A DNA stretch of 64,000 nt, taken from contig CM060731.1 of assembly GCA_030704615.1 (NCBI GenBank), positions 20,398,001 to 20,462,000 of the forward strand, in the 5' to 3' direction. This DNA comes from Takakia lepidozioides (taxonomy: Eukaryota; Plantae; Bryophyta). The notes under the pieces were generated by a model, which was not told where the DNA came from, searched no databases, and saw only the letters and a program-made list of their open reading frames with translations. Numbering within the stretch: position 1 is the stretch's first letter; each line of letters begins with the position of its first letter. Position numbers and translations under genes: made by a program. Positions 53,701 through 64,000 of the stretch are shown one piece after another.

Positions 53701-54290
53701 CCGTAGTGATGAAGCCATCTCCTCCAACCGTTTGGTCCGTGAAGGTGGGAACACATCTCAGCTTTCAGGAGATTGAAATGCTGGAAGAGGCAGGTTTTTA
53801 CCTTGCGAGACAACCCCAACTCCATGCATGTGCTACTACTTCTGCATCCTCCCGGGTCCCCCCGACAAATCCTGATTTGTGGCCAACCAAACGAGATGGA
53901 AAGCTCGTTTGGCGTTTCCCTCCAACCGCTGAACACTTTGGCAAAGTGGAGTCCGCAAGAATGCTCCAAGCTCGTGTTGGAAGCACCACGGAAGTACCCG
54001 ATCCAGGATATGGTCGGGTATTCACAATCATCACTTCCACATCTGCTGTTCATGACAGGACCTACGACATCACGGTTTCCAATTTCCCCAATTGCACATG
54101 TCTTGATTTTGTGAATATGCTATCAACCAGTTTGGGCAAGAGAGGTAAATTCATACCCTGCAAACATTTGTATTTCATATTTTTGAAGAGGATGGTTTGC
54201 GATCCCAAACGTGACAACTTCATTCACCAGGCCACTATGAGTTTCAACGAGGTCGATACTCTTTTGCAGCGGGATACAACACATGGGTAG
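50775..54290 (+). CDS. Mutator-like (MULE) DDE transposase with N-terminal GCM/WRKY-like Zn domain and C-terminal SWIM finger; one 117-nt intron at 52788-52904
   Basis: DDE-type motifs FLMFDH, FMADS, CLFH and CNLAETVHN; SWIM CTC...PCKHL; Cys/His-rich DGHPW...CNGHLRC...HFGFHNHP. First in-frame ATG is at 50775. The intron position is shared with the paralog (61044-61156). Confidence 0.8.
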   Translation: MASSEAEFFSDDKPVPFSHEVLDNGFAIVLEHVLATRFQLQNGSIFLEKEVYDLKGKLLKYSFQNRDETAHISQWRVRPGRYRVLGEPRQKSLGSYVTPGTAASVVEDKREVVVKKEQTSSTPIVELSDSSDDDISEIPNPVLPTVVGEADEEEICSVIPKLRAMGGMVGFKSELRGIDWESLKQVPVKFLPETFDGDILFELPPLPRVGGVTIMMHGMDKKHDGHPWCRTKTSNILNDDKLVFRRTVCNGHLRCDNLNCRHFLQSGVHNQSKWEGLAENPFQPGTAPPPANTFVCKFCKLVPSCLTLCGARMYYVVHRLKTMTRACVHFGFHNHPVSKGDYRESVETISRLIKQEFGRNPSATTSAIALGAIKSFLESHILSEGDSVGTKLDGAALDLVMDHFSTLSSPNIRRQINALRMGSGIRGYIDNILELKRVSKYDYIQDNVFPRQGAIKVFLFKMSTVGEGSGVRLVKRMQKTGDLQNCFLMFDHVKRVKDWTTMACHVYDPVYQRVMTIAVCDMQSEDTKSQKLMWNSLIRVMGCHGLPSPNFAGFMADSAQANFNVVRIVFGSGDPKVSMPGRERTCLFHWTQSLEKHTKSDIKPKMQTQHRKLCKEYKDARTMKEADTLFQTIRAWWFSSGAASLESMRALEDWLAFWHFRYRQWGAAMPLVRGLYLLLYSYICFPFYCVLAFFMLFSVHCFEVWFCTLKNMSIEEMADMSSCNLAETVHNAWLQQSGKRGRDLYVATTDDLIRALQQQTRYRDFLRGGVGGKGPDKWELMLRAANRSGDPIKIARAVSMYAQGTPLVSRVPHLEGEERFGSCKRKLNTPPGSDSDSHRADRDNFSKHRVPLHDSSMSGTSIVEEPPTRRQAPASNSATEMVQERNNPLDVLESACPDHVWHIERTSVGSRVKCTAIRATNFEKCTSSIFRGGARTPAPTFTGLMCPYGQPEAKNHKFWFCANDCARCVHGIVRPSVVMKPSPPTVWSVKVGTHLSFQEIEMLEEAGFYLARQPQLHACATTSASSRVPPTNPDLWPTKRDGKLVWRFPPTAEHFGKVESARMLQARVGSTTEVPDPGYGRVFTIITSTSAVHDRTYDITVSNFPNCTCLDFVNMLSTSLGKRGKFIPCKHLYFIFLKRMVCDPKRDNFIHQATMSFNEVDTLLQRDTTHG

Positions 54291-54744
54291 CATCAACTAT
54301 GCAATGTGGTATGTGGACGACCATGATTTGAAATGTGTAATTCACATCAATTCGTCGGCGGTGCAATGATATGGCCTCCAACTATACGGAGTGAGCTCTG
54401 AGTGACAACTTTTAGGTAGTGCACATTTGTCATTGCACCGTTCGAAGTCTACATGTCTTGCTGTCGCTATGCACTACAATCATCTTTTGAAGATGATCCT
54501 AACTCTCATTGTTATTTGAGGAGGAAGGAAGGTCTTCCCGTGGCAGCCTTTATGGCGCACACTTTGTGAGGATATTTTTTCGTCCTCGTAATTGTAAAAG
54601 TGAAACAAGCATTTGTAATTGCACAATGTTGGATGTTGCAATTGTAGGCCTCAACGCTCGTCTTGATTCTATTTAGGCAAGATTCCCTGCATTAATTCCA
54701 CGGTCATAGGACCATCCACGGTTATAGGCGGCGCATATTAATGT

Positions 54745-55086
54745 TGACGTGGCAGATGACGGACAGTGCCACGTCATCATTTACCGCCACATCAACATGC
54801 TGACATGACGCTCACGCCACGTCAGCGTGTGTGTAGGCTCACGCCACGTCAGCTGGCGTGAGCGTACGCTCACGCCACGTCATTCCTGCGTGAGCGTACG
54901 CTCGCGCGCTCACGCGCAACGCTCACGCCATTGCGTCGTTGGCTTTATCGCAACCCCCACGAGGGCGCCACCAAAGGGAAATTCCTCACGTCCTTCCGGG
55001 ATATTGGCTCGGGCCGCTGGTTGGTGCAGCGGTCTGTCGCATGGACGATAGCCTGCACCCCGCCACGTGGCGGGCGCCGCCACTAG
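54745..55086 (+). other. Subterminal GCCACGTCA repeats and Helitron-type 3' terminus
   Basis: Perfect palindrome CCCGCCACGTGGCGGG at 55059-55074, 8 nt before CTAG (55083-55086), followed by T. Confidence 0.75.
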
Positions 55087-55087
55087 T

Positions 55088-58000
55088 CTGAAGGCTCAAA
55101 AGGGGGGTGTTTTCTTGACCTTGAACTAATTGTTTTTTATATAACCCCTTTTGGGGTGATTTTGCTTACATGTATGGGTAGGAGAATGGACAAGACCATA
55201 TTAGGGTCATTGTCAATTAAAGACATAAACAGCCCATAAACAGGGCACCATCTAACACTTCCATTCTAGTCATGCCTTCCCAATTGATTTCACCCAATCA
55301 TTCATGATAAAACAAGGTGGGAGGGCAGGGTTTGTTTATGTACATGTTATGACAACAAGACAAGCATATAAGCAAGCATCTTGTATACTGAAAAATCATA
55401 TAGTTGCAGCCTATCATACCCTTTCCTGGCATCATAATTACAACAAGACGTGCATTCTAGAGCAAAACATCTTGTGTATGTAAAGCCAGCCTACAATATT
55501 ATAGATTCAAGACATGCCCTTCAAGCAAACATCTTGGGTATGACAAAATAATTTGCAGCCTACCTTATCAGTATTACCCCAAGACATGCTTCATGCACAT
55601 CTTGGGCAAGTAAGAACAACCTGCCATATTACAGATTCAAGATATGTACACACAAGCATCTTGATGGACCATCCTTCAGTTTATCAGATTCCAAGCATGC
55701 AACCAAGTAACCCTCTTGGGCATGACAAAGCATATTGCAACCTCATTCTTTACCATTTGTAATTACCCCAAGACATGCATCATGCAAGGTCCCTTAGGTA
55801 GGTAAGAACAGCCTGCCATACTACAGATTCAAGACATGTATACACAAGCATCTTGATAGACCAGCCTGCAGTTTTTCAAATTCCAAACATGCAACCAAGT
55901 AACCCTCTTGGGCATGACAAGACAGATTGCATCCTCATTCTATACCATTCATAATTGCCTCAAGACATGCATCATGCAAGGCATCTTGGGCATGGAAGAA
56001 CGGCCTACCATATTACAGATTCAAGACATGGACACACAAACATCTTGAGTGCCCGAGACCACGCCCTCTTGGCCAAAAAATAATCCATACATTGCAAGTA
56101 ACTGGCCCGATGGCAAGACAAGGCTAATAATCTTTGGCAAAGGTCCAATAACGCTTACCAACACTATTTTCCAGGAGGCTTATGTCAGGGTTTGCAAATA
56201 AACCTCACTATGCTCCATTCCACACCAGATTCAGGCCTGAAAGAGGCCTGTCAGTGCCTTATCAGGCTGCCATCTTAAAAATCAGGGCCTCCTCGTCCTT
56301 AGATCCTAACAGCCACTGAGGCCTTACCCATAAAACTCAACTCTTTTTTAAGGCCAAAACAGTACCTAGCTTAATAATCCACAGGCACCGCTGTCAAAGA
56401 TTAAAAGACAAGGTAAGGTCCAGATGCTGGGCTTCAAGAGACGGGCCTACTAGGCCGAAATGTCCCATCAAAGGCAGCAAAACATAAGTCAAAAGTAAGC
56501 ATCAGCATGCCAAACCAGGAGCAAGCGGGCCGAAATGCAGGCAGCGGCCAAGTCAAGACGCCATACAGAAGAGGTTCCCTTTGCCCACATCCGTATCTAC
56601 AAGCGCAAGAGAATTCAAAGCAAGTAGGGATCCTCACCTGGTCCCATTGTGGTATGAAAGAAAGAGGCAAAACATTTCCCCGCGACATTCACTTCAAGTC
56701 ACCAGAGTACCTTTCCATCCCACCCATGCCGCAGCGGAAGGGAAGACATGGGTAGGACATACATCTGTCACAGATAATCGACTGCATTGCATATGATCAT
56801 GCATGCTGCAAAACACCCAGCATAGCCTTCACAGTTTCCCCCTTGAAAGGTGGGCCTTGCCCGTGAACAACCCTCACCCTCTTGTATTCATGGCATCTCT
56901 TCAAACAGCCTGATCGAACTACCCGAGCCTACCCGGCAATAGCTCATTTTCTCTCACTCTCTTTCATCTTTTACCTCTCAAGTCCAAGGGTCAGATCCAA
57001 ATACACTTTTCTGTTACGCATGAGCAGCGGGTTCAACTGATCTCTGGAAAGAAACAACAATGCTGCCACTTTACAAATGCACCCTAATATTCCAGCTGTG
57101 CAATGTGAAGTTTCCCCAGTAGGTGGTTTGACTGATGCACTGATTTCCCAACTATTGCACCTACACCCGTTACATGCTCAAGCTGACCATAGCTGCAATC
57201 AGACTTCCCTAATGGCAACAATGCAAGAACTAATGCATCATGTAAGTACGATTCTAGACACGAAAACAAACAGTGACCCAAACAGTCGATTTTTACTTCT
57301 TCATCAGTATAATCCTTCCACACACAAAATTCCGAGTCCCAGCTTGAAGCCCAAGTCTCTCGTTCACGTCATCATCACCACCTCTCCTTCTCTGCCTCAC
57401 TACCGTCTCCCCCAAAAGCAAGAAGGGCGACCTTCTCACAAAAACTGCCTTAAAACCCAAGCCCCACTTGCCTGTGCAATTACTACACCTGCAACTCCTG
57501 TAGTCGACCACATCAACTAACGCTGTCTGGAAAACTAACTCAGCCGCCATAGCAGATACTGACTGAGGAACAGGAAAGTAAATCGCTAAGGCACGTAGGC
57601 TGATGTCTGCTCCAGAATACAAAGTGTCAACAGCTCGCCATGCCCGTGCTTGTGTGCTTGCATGAAGAACGCCGTCACCCATAAATCCCGTCGATCTAGG
57701 GCACATGGATGTTTGGTGGATAGATGTCTTCATCCAATGAGTCATAATTCATCCATCATGGTCATTTAAATGTTGTAGAAATCTTAAGTACTTAGCCCCA
57801 TCAAACAGCTGTTAATAAAAATAAAAATAACCACATATTCACAATACATATGTGGTGTGGCTCATTTTTTTAAAGTGACATCGTCCATTTCCTCCATGGG
57901 TGTTCCTCCTTTGTGGTGATATGGCTTAAGATCCCTCTTGCTTCTTGTCCAAGTCTTCCCCAACCCATCCTTCAGTGTGCATCTGCGCTCGGCCTCCATG

Positions 58001-60870
58001 CCCGTTGGCCGATTTTCATGATCCGTGTATCCCACAAAGGTGTATGGTCCTTCCTAGGGACTGGTCATGGCACCCTTTTTTCCTAGTCTTAGCTTCATGA
58101 TTAGTGATCGTGCTTTCAGCACAGCATATTCATGGCCCGTCTTGTGCCTCCTCTCATAGTCCCTGGTCTGTTGTCTTTGTCCCATTTTAACGTTAGCCTT
58201 GAGCTGCGCATCTAGTTCAGCCAAGAACTTTACTTTGTCTTGTAGCTGTTGAGCAATTGCTGCCGGAGAATCATCCGTATTCACCACTTGGGTGAGATCT
58301 TGTAGCCTATTATCCACACCCAGCCTTGGCAGTCGCCCTGTCAACACCTGGAATGGTGAAAATCATGTGGTAGATTGTATTGACATCCGGTAGCCCAAGA
58401 GAGCCCTGTATAAATTTTGGTCCCACTCGGCATCCCCAAGTACTCCCAGTGTTGTGATGCTTTGCTTCAAGGTCTTGATGATCCTCTCGACCATCCCATT
58501 GCATTGTGGCCAGTACGGTGCGTTGTGTTCGCGTCTGATCCCAAATCTGTCAGATACTTTGGCAAACTCACCACCCCACTCAGATCCATTATCAGAAATA
58601 ATCACCATATGACACCATATCTGCTAATTATCTCTTCTTCCAAAAATCTGGCTGTTAGAGCTGCAGAATGACCTGACACTGGGCATGCCTCCACCCACTT
58701 GGAATAGTGGTCAATGGCCACGAGTACATATTTGTTTCCTCTTTTGGTGACTAGAAAAGGGCCTGCCGTGTCAATGGCTATTTGCTAGAACAGATCAACA
58801 AGAGGAATGCTATTAAGTCTGGATGAACCTGAAGGTACCAAGCCCTTGTGACTGGCACTCTCACTCTGGACATTTCAGCAGCACGCTGCGGATCCCTTGG
58901 TTTCGGTTGTGCCAGAAGTATCTCCTGCAAATCTCCTCTTGTGTTTTTCGCACTCCCAAATGCCCAATTATGGTGTGCAAATGCAGAATTATTGCTTGGC
59001 GGTTTGCTTTTGGTGGCACGAGCTTGCCCTCATAGAAGACTTCCCCTTCTGCGTAGGAGTATTGCCTGGCCCGGCGTACAGCTCGTGCTTTCTCCTCCCG
59101 GCTCAAGTAGTCATTTGGCTCACCAAATGCAAGTATATGCATGCATTCGATATCGTCAAGTATGTCAGGCTGTACTTCCTCCCGATGTGTGCACATTTCC
59201 TCCTCATCACTGCACACAGTGGCACCTTCTCCTAGCTGCTCAGCTTCCAAAAGTAAGTTTACTTGTTCCTTTTTGGTGGGAGTCACCCACATTCATCTCC
59301 CCTTTGACAAAAACATCTCATCATTCATGGTTTTGGTATAGGGTCTTTCATCTAGGTTGCTCCGCCAGTGAGCTCTGTCATCCATGATGCTGGCAGAAGA
59401 CCTTGCTTGAGAGCCCAGACCCATGCTGCAGCCCTCTTCTCTTGGCTGTCTTGCCTGGTCTTTATGGCTGTTGCCACTGCTGGAGGTTTTTGAGAGCGAG
59501 GTACTCACTCCCGGCACTGTACACTTGCTGGTGTCATCTCCCTGTGCGGTGGCACCATGCAGCTCTTCCAATCGCTGCTTCCATTTTCTCGTCTGCACCA
59601 CATTAATTGTGGGTAACATGCTGGGCCCCCAATCACTTAATGGCCTCTCCTTCTGTTCTCTCTGTTTCCCACGCACTGCGCTCATTGCTGATTCAGAGTT
59701 AGCCTCATATCTTGTGGGTGACACTGAACAGGTACATGCGTTCTGTCCTTTGCACTGGCTGCAGCAGCTGCATAGTTGTAAGCCCCTCCGTGCTCCATTC
59801 CTTAGTTCCGGGTTGTCACACACTGAATCACCTATACTGATTGGTATGGCTCCCACGCCAGCTGATTCAGACACATCCGCAACAGGCTTCTCCCGATCTG
59901 TCATGTTTTCATTGGGGCCAATGTCAGTTGTGCACCTCCCAAGCTCAGATGCGCATCCCCCAGCATTGCTGTCACCTGGAGCCTGTACTGACAACAGAAT
60001 GCCCTTCATAGCTACAACAGGCTGCATGGCCATCTTGCATTCATCAGCCTGAGTTGCATTCTTTTCTGTACTCTGGCCACCCTCCATCTTCTGAATTACA
60101 CCATGCAGGAGGGGCGCCATGTTCCACACACCCTCTTCATCATTCGGATCGTCCAGATCAAATTGCCAGGTTGTGGCCTTCATCAGACCGGCCCACCACT
60201 GTCGATCATCCTACCAGCAGCTGGCGGCTTGGCACGCCCTTTGCCTGTCTGTGTTGCATTCTGTTCTACAGTCGTCATGTTGATGGTGGGCATGACACCG
60301 CCCCACTCTTCCCTGGTGGATTGTGCATACACCATTGGCCACCCGCCATAATGCTTGGGCTCAACAACTGCCTTTGCTTCATCACATTTTCTTGCCTCCT
60401 CCTGATCCAGTGCAGGCTGCCTTACATCCATTGTGTGGCCAGAGTGTAGGCCGCTGCTACAGCTTCTCTAAGTGACAAATGCAGCTACCCTTGGCTGCTC
60501 GTGGTTGGTTTCATGTTCGACAGATGCCCTTGCCCCACCAATCGCTGTTGCCACCCCTTCACGTGGTGCAGTGCTCATCTTCCTGCACTTAAGATATCCT
60601 GCCAGATAATCTTCACACACAGCTTTCTCACATTCACTCACTATACTGATATTTTGCAACACTTCATGCAGGCAGGATTCAGTGCGTGGGACTGTGCGCG
60701 GGACTGCGTTCAGGATTCACCAGGCATTAATGCTCACAAGTGCCTGTATTGGCATCGATATCCATTACCATTCCTTGATGGTCAGAAACGTTTCTATCTT
60801 TGGCCCTTCTTCCACTCAACTGTTTCCATAGCCTGGCAATACCCTTCAGCTTGCCTTGTATTCTACTGGC
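55088..60870 (-). mobile_element. Truncated degenerate Ty3/Gypsy element: integrase, 3' extra region, PPT and 3' LTR
   Basis: HHCC finger (LHTIIGHLG...CPE), IISDNGSEW...NGMVERIIKTLK and a GPY motif at ~57990-59000. PPT AAGGGGGAAAC (56844-56834) abuts TGT at 56833. No RT was recognised. Confidence 0.8.
55490..56050. repeat. ~192-bp degenerate tandem repeats inside the putative Gypsy LTR
   Basis: CAGATTCAAGA(C/T)ATG...AAGCATCTTG recurs near 55632, 55823 and 56016, with a partial copy at 55503. Confidence 0.7.
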
Positions 60871-60899
60871 ACCCTTCCCCTTTCTTGACTGACTTGGCT

Positions 60900-62999
60900 G
60901 CAGAGGCGAATACATTGTTCCAGACAATTTGTGCCAGGTGGTTATCATCTGGGGCTGCATGAGAAGACGGTATGAGGGCTCTAGAAGATTGGCTGGCATT
61001 TTAGCACTTCCGGTATAGACAATGGAGAGCATGCATGACAACGGTACGTGAATTTGAGAACATGCAAATTTCATTGACTTTGTATCTATTTGCAATCATG
61101 TGTGTTGTGGTGGGGTTGCCTGTCCTCTGTCTGATGTATGTTTTCACATTTTGCAGCACTTGTCAATTGAGGGGATGGTGGACATGCCCTCTTGCAATCT
61201 GGCGGAGACAGTGCACAATGTATGGTTGCAGCAATCTAGAAAGCGGGGCCGGGATTTGTATGTGGCAACGACATATGATCTAATTCGAGCTCTACAGCAA
61301 CAAACGAGATATTGGGAGTTCTTGCGGGTGGCATTGGTGGCAAGGGTCCAGACAAGTCTGAGTTGATATTGCGAGCAGCAAGAAGATCGGGGGATCCGAA
61401 CAAGATTGTCAGGGCTGTCAGCATGTGTGCGGAAGGAACTCCACTGGTGTCCAGAGTTCCCCATGTAGAGGGCGAGGAGAGATTCGGGTCTTGTAAAGGA
61501 AATTGAACACCCCTCCTGGCTCGGATGCGGACTCCCACAGGCCGGACAGGGACAACTTTTCCACTCCGCGTGTTCCATTGCATCACAGGTTTGTTTCCAG
61601 AATATCCAGTGCAGATGATCCTTTGTCACAAAGCCAAAGGCAGCCATCTCCCACTGCGAGTGCAATGGGGCAGGAGGCGAACGTGCTCCCCCCAGTGGTG
61701 GAGTCCATGTGCCCCGACGAAGTCTGACACATAGAACGCACCAGTGCTGGGTCTCGAGTGAAGTGCACGGCAATCAGAGCAACCAAACGTGAGAAGTGCA
61801 GGTCCTCCATATCCAGAGGCAAGGTCCGCACTCCGGCTCCGACCTTCATTGGTTTGTTCACGCCTTACGGGCAAGCCGAGGCGACGAACCACAAATTCTG
61901 GTTCTGCCCTGACGACTGTGGTAGATGCGTGCGTGGGACTGTGCGACCATCGGTTGTCATGAAGCCTCCTCCGCCAAGCGTTTGGCCTGTGAAGATGGGG
62001 ACACATCTCACAACTCAAGAGTGTCATGTTGGAGGAGGCAGGCTTCTCCCTTCAGCGAGAACCCTCTGTACATGCAGGTGCTTCTACTTCAACAAGTTCT
62101 TGAGTTCCACCACCCAACGCTGATGCATGGCCAACAAAACGAAATGGGAAATTGGTTCGTCATTTCCCTCCGACTGCCGAACACTTCGGCAAGGTGGAAT
62201 CCGCTCGAATGCTTCAAGGTCATGTTACAGGCACTACGGAAGTTCCACATCCCGGGTATGGACGAATCTACACTATGATGACATCCACATCCGCTATCCA
62301 TGAGGTCGACAGTTTCAAATTTCCCCCACTGCACCTGTCTTGATTTTGTTGGCATGCTTACAACAAGTTTGGGAAAGACAGGAAAATTTATACCCTGCAA
62401 GCATCTGTATTTTATCTTCTTGAACAAAATGGTTTGTGATCCCAGACGCGACATCTTCATTCACCAGGCCACCATGAGTTTCAACGAGGTGATTACACTT
62501 ATGCAGCGAGATAGAAGCACATAACATCCTCTTCACTTTGATCATCTGCAATTTCCATTACTGGATTCGCATGAATTGAAACTTGAACTTGATGTCCCTT
62601 CGTATATTTGGTACCAGTGCAGCCTCCAATTATGTTGTGCAATGTGTGCCATTTCTTTCTTGTGAGTACTCGTTCGAAAATAGATGGAATGGATGCAAAT
62701 GCTTCACAAGTTGTTCCTGCATTTTTATTTTTGGTGTTTTGGGTGAATGAATGCCATGGCTATAGGCCCCTCGGCTATAGGTGCTATATGTTTATGATGA
62801 CATGGCATCTGGCAAGTTGTCCAAATGCCACGTCATTCTGTCGACTGCCACATCAGCAGGAAAACGACATGTCAGCAGGCCCTCGCCACGTCAGCCTCAC
62901 GCTCACGCCACGTCAGCGTGACCCCACGCTCACCATTGCTTGAAATGTACGCTCTCACGCTCAAGCTCAAGCTCACGCGGAAGCGTCGTCCGCCTCTAG
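60900..62999 (+). mobile_element. Second, 5'-truncated and frameshifted copy of the MULE-SWIM element with the same type of 3' end
   Basis: Collinear with 52645-54290 (CNLAETVHN, PHVEGEERFGSCK, CTC...PCKHLYFIF). GCCACGTCA repeats at 62827-62915. Terminus CGCCTCTAG|T at 62991-63000. Confidence 0.85.
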
Positions 63000-64000
63000 T
63001 GAATATCCACCAGAACTACTTCGTGCATTTTTGTCTTCTACTACCATCATCATTCAACCGTCTTCTTAAAGGTTGATACGGTGCTCGGGCCTCTATTAGA
63101 AGGAGGGAGGGTGCTCGTTCTTGACATTTCATCAAGCATAAACTACATTGACAGGCAGGACCAAAGAAGACGTTTGCAATTTGATTATAAATCTCCTCTA
63201 GCCATTCCACGTTACATTGTCTTTGTTTTGTGAGAGGACATTGTCAACTATTGCAATCATTTTGGATGGCTGAGAACATTGTCTCCCAACCCATGTCCAT
63301 CTACGCAGACAAAAAGAAGACATAGATGTTGCTGGTCCTCAATGTTAAATTTCAATGGCATGTTGAGCTAAAGGTCACCTCCAACGGGAGCTGAGTTGTT
63401 TAAAAAGAGGTTCCACTTGACGAAGGTAACAATTCAAGTTCCAGCAAGATCATTTGTTGTTCCTCGACCTAGATTGTTGGAGTTTCATGAGGCTTGTTTC
63501 AACTCATTTTCATGTTGCGATAATTTGATAATGTGTTAACAGAGGTACCGTCTTCAAGATGTTGTCCAGATTGCTTTGTTCTCACGGAGATTATGAAATA
63601 TTTTTGCTTTGTTTGGTCTGCTGAGCATTGCAAAGATACAACCGGTTATATAAAGCCTGGGATGAAATATCTTATTAAGGATATTGAGAACTCTTTTCTG
63701 GTCAAGTTTTCTGGGAAACCTTTCGCTAGGTAGAGGCAAATACTCATTATGGATTATGACCCATCCGGCTGCATAACAATGTGGCAATGGCTCAAAAGCG
63801 GTAGCAATAGAACTACGCAGACTGTCAGAAGAACAACTAAGGCTCTTCGAAACCCAGTGATTACTGTAATTCTTTTCATATTCACGCAATCAGATAATAA
63901 CGTGGATGATCTGGCTGACCTCACTATTAAAGCAGTGTGGCCTTTTATCTCGTGTATGGTTGGAGCTTCCTCCATTGTTGATTATGTCAGCAAGAACCAT

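Noticed and set aside
63001-64000. Coding-like minus-strand sequence at the window end
   Set aside because: It is interrupted by stops and has no recognisable motif, so it cannot be assigned.

Overview
Nuclear DNA of a land plant, probably a seed-free lineage (bryophyte, lycophyte or fern; inferred from the homogeneous PLS-PPR array and the TE types). There are four spliceosomal host genes: the 3' part of an ARG1-like DnaJ gene (443-1917, +), a PLS-PPR-DYW RNA-editing factor (12431-16867, -), a peroxisomal uricase ending in SKL (17193-20523, +) and a HUA2/HULK-like PWWP-CID gene (33859-43929, +). The rest is mostly transposon-derived. Four observations stand out. (1) The DYW deaminase gene can be spliced in frame to upstream exons encoding PDF motifs of OSB organellar ssDNA-binding proteins, giving a ssDNA-binding plus RNA-editing chimera with a nearly homogeneous 303-nt repeat array. 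(2) A 6.5-kb non-autonomous CACTA element with TIRs and a GAT TSD is filled with scrambled fragments of that gene family. (3) Two related elements carry a GCM-like/MULE-DDE/SWIM transposase but end in Helitron-type hairpin-CTAG termini; the longer one also has a divergent, intron-containing ParB-like gene. (4) A complete 365-bp TRIM carries a tRNA-like cloverleaf in each LTR. All gene models were read by eye from splice signals and are unverified.
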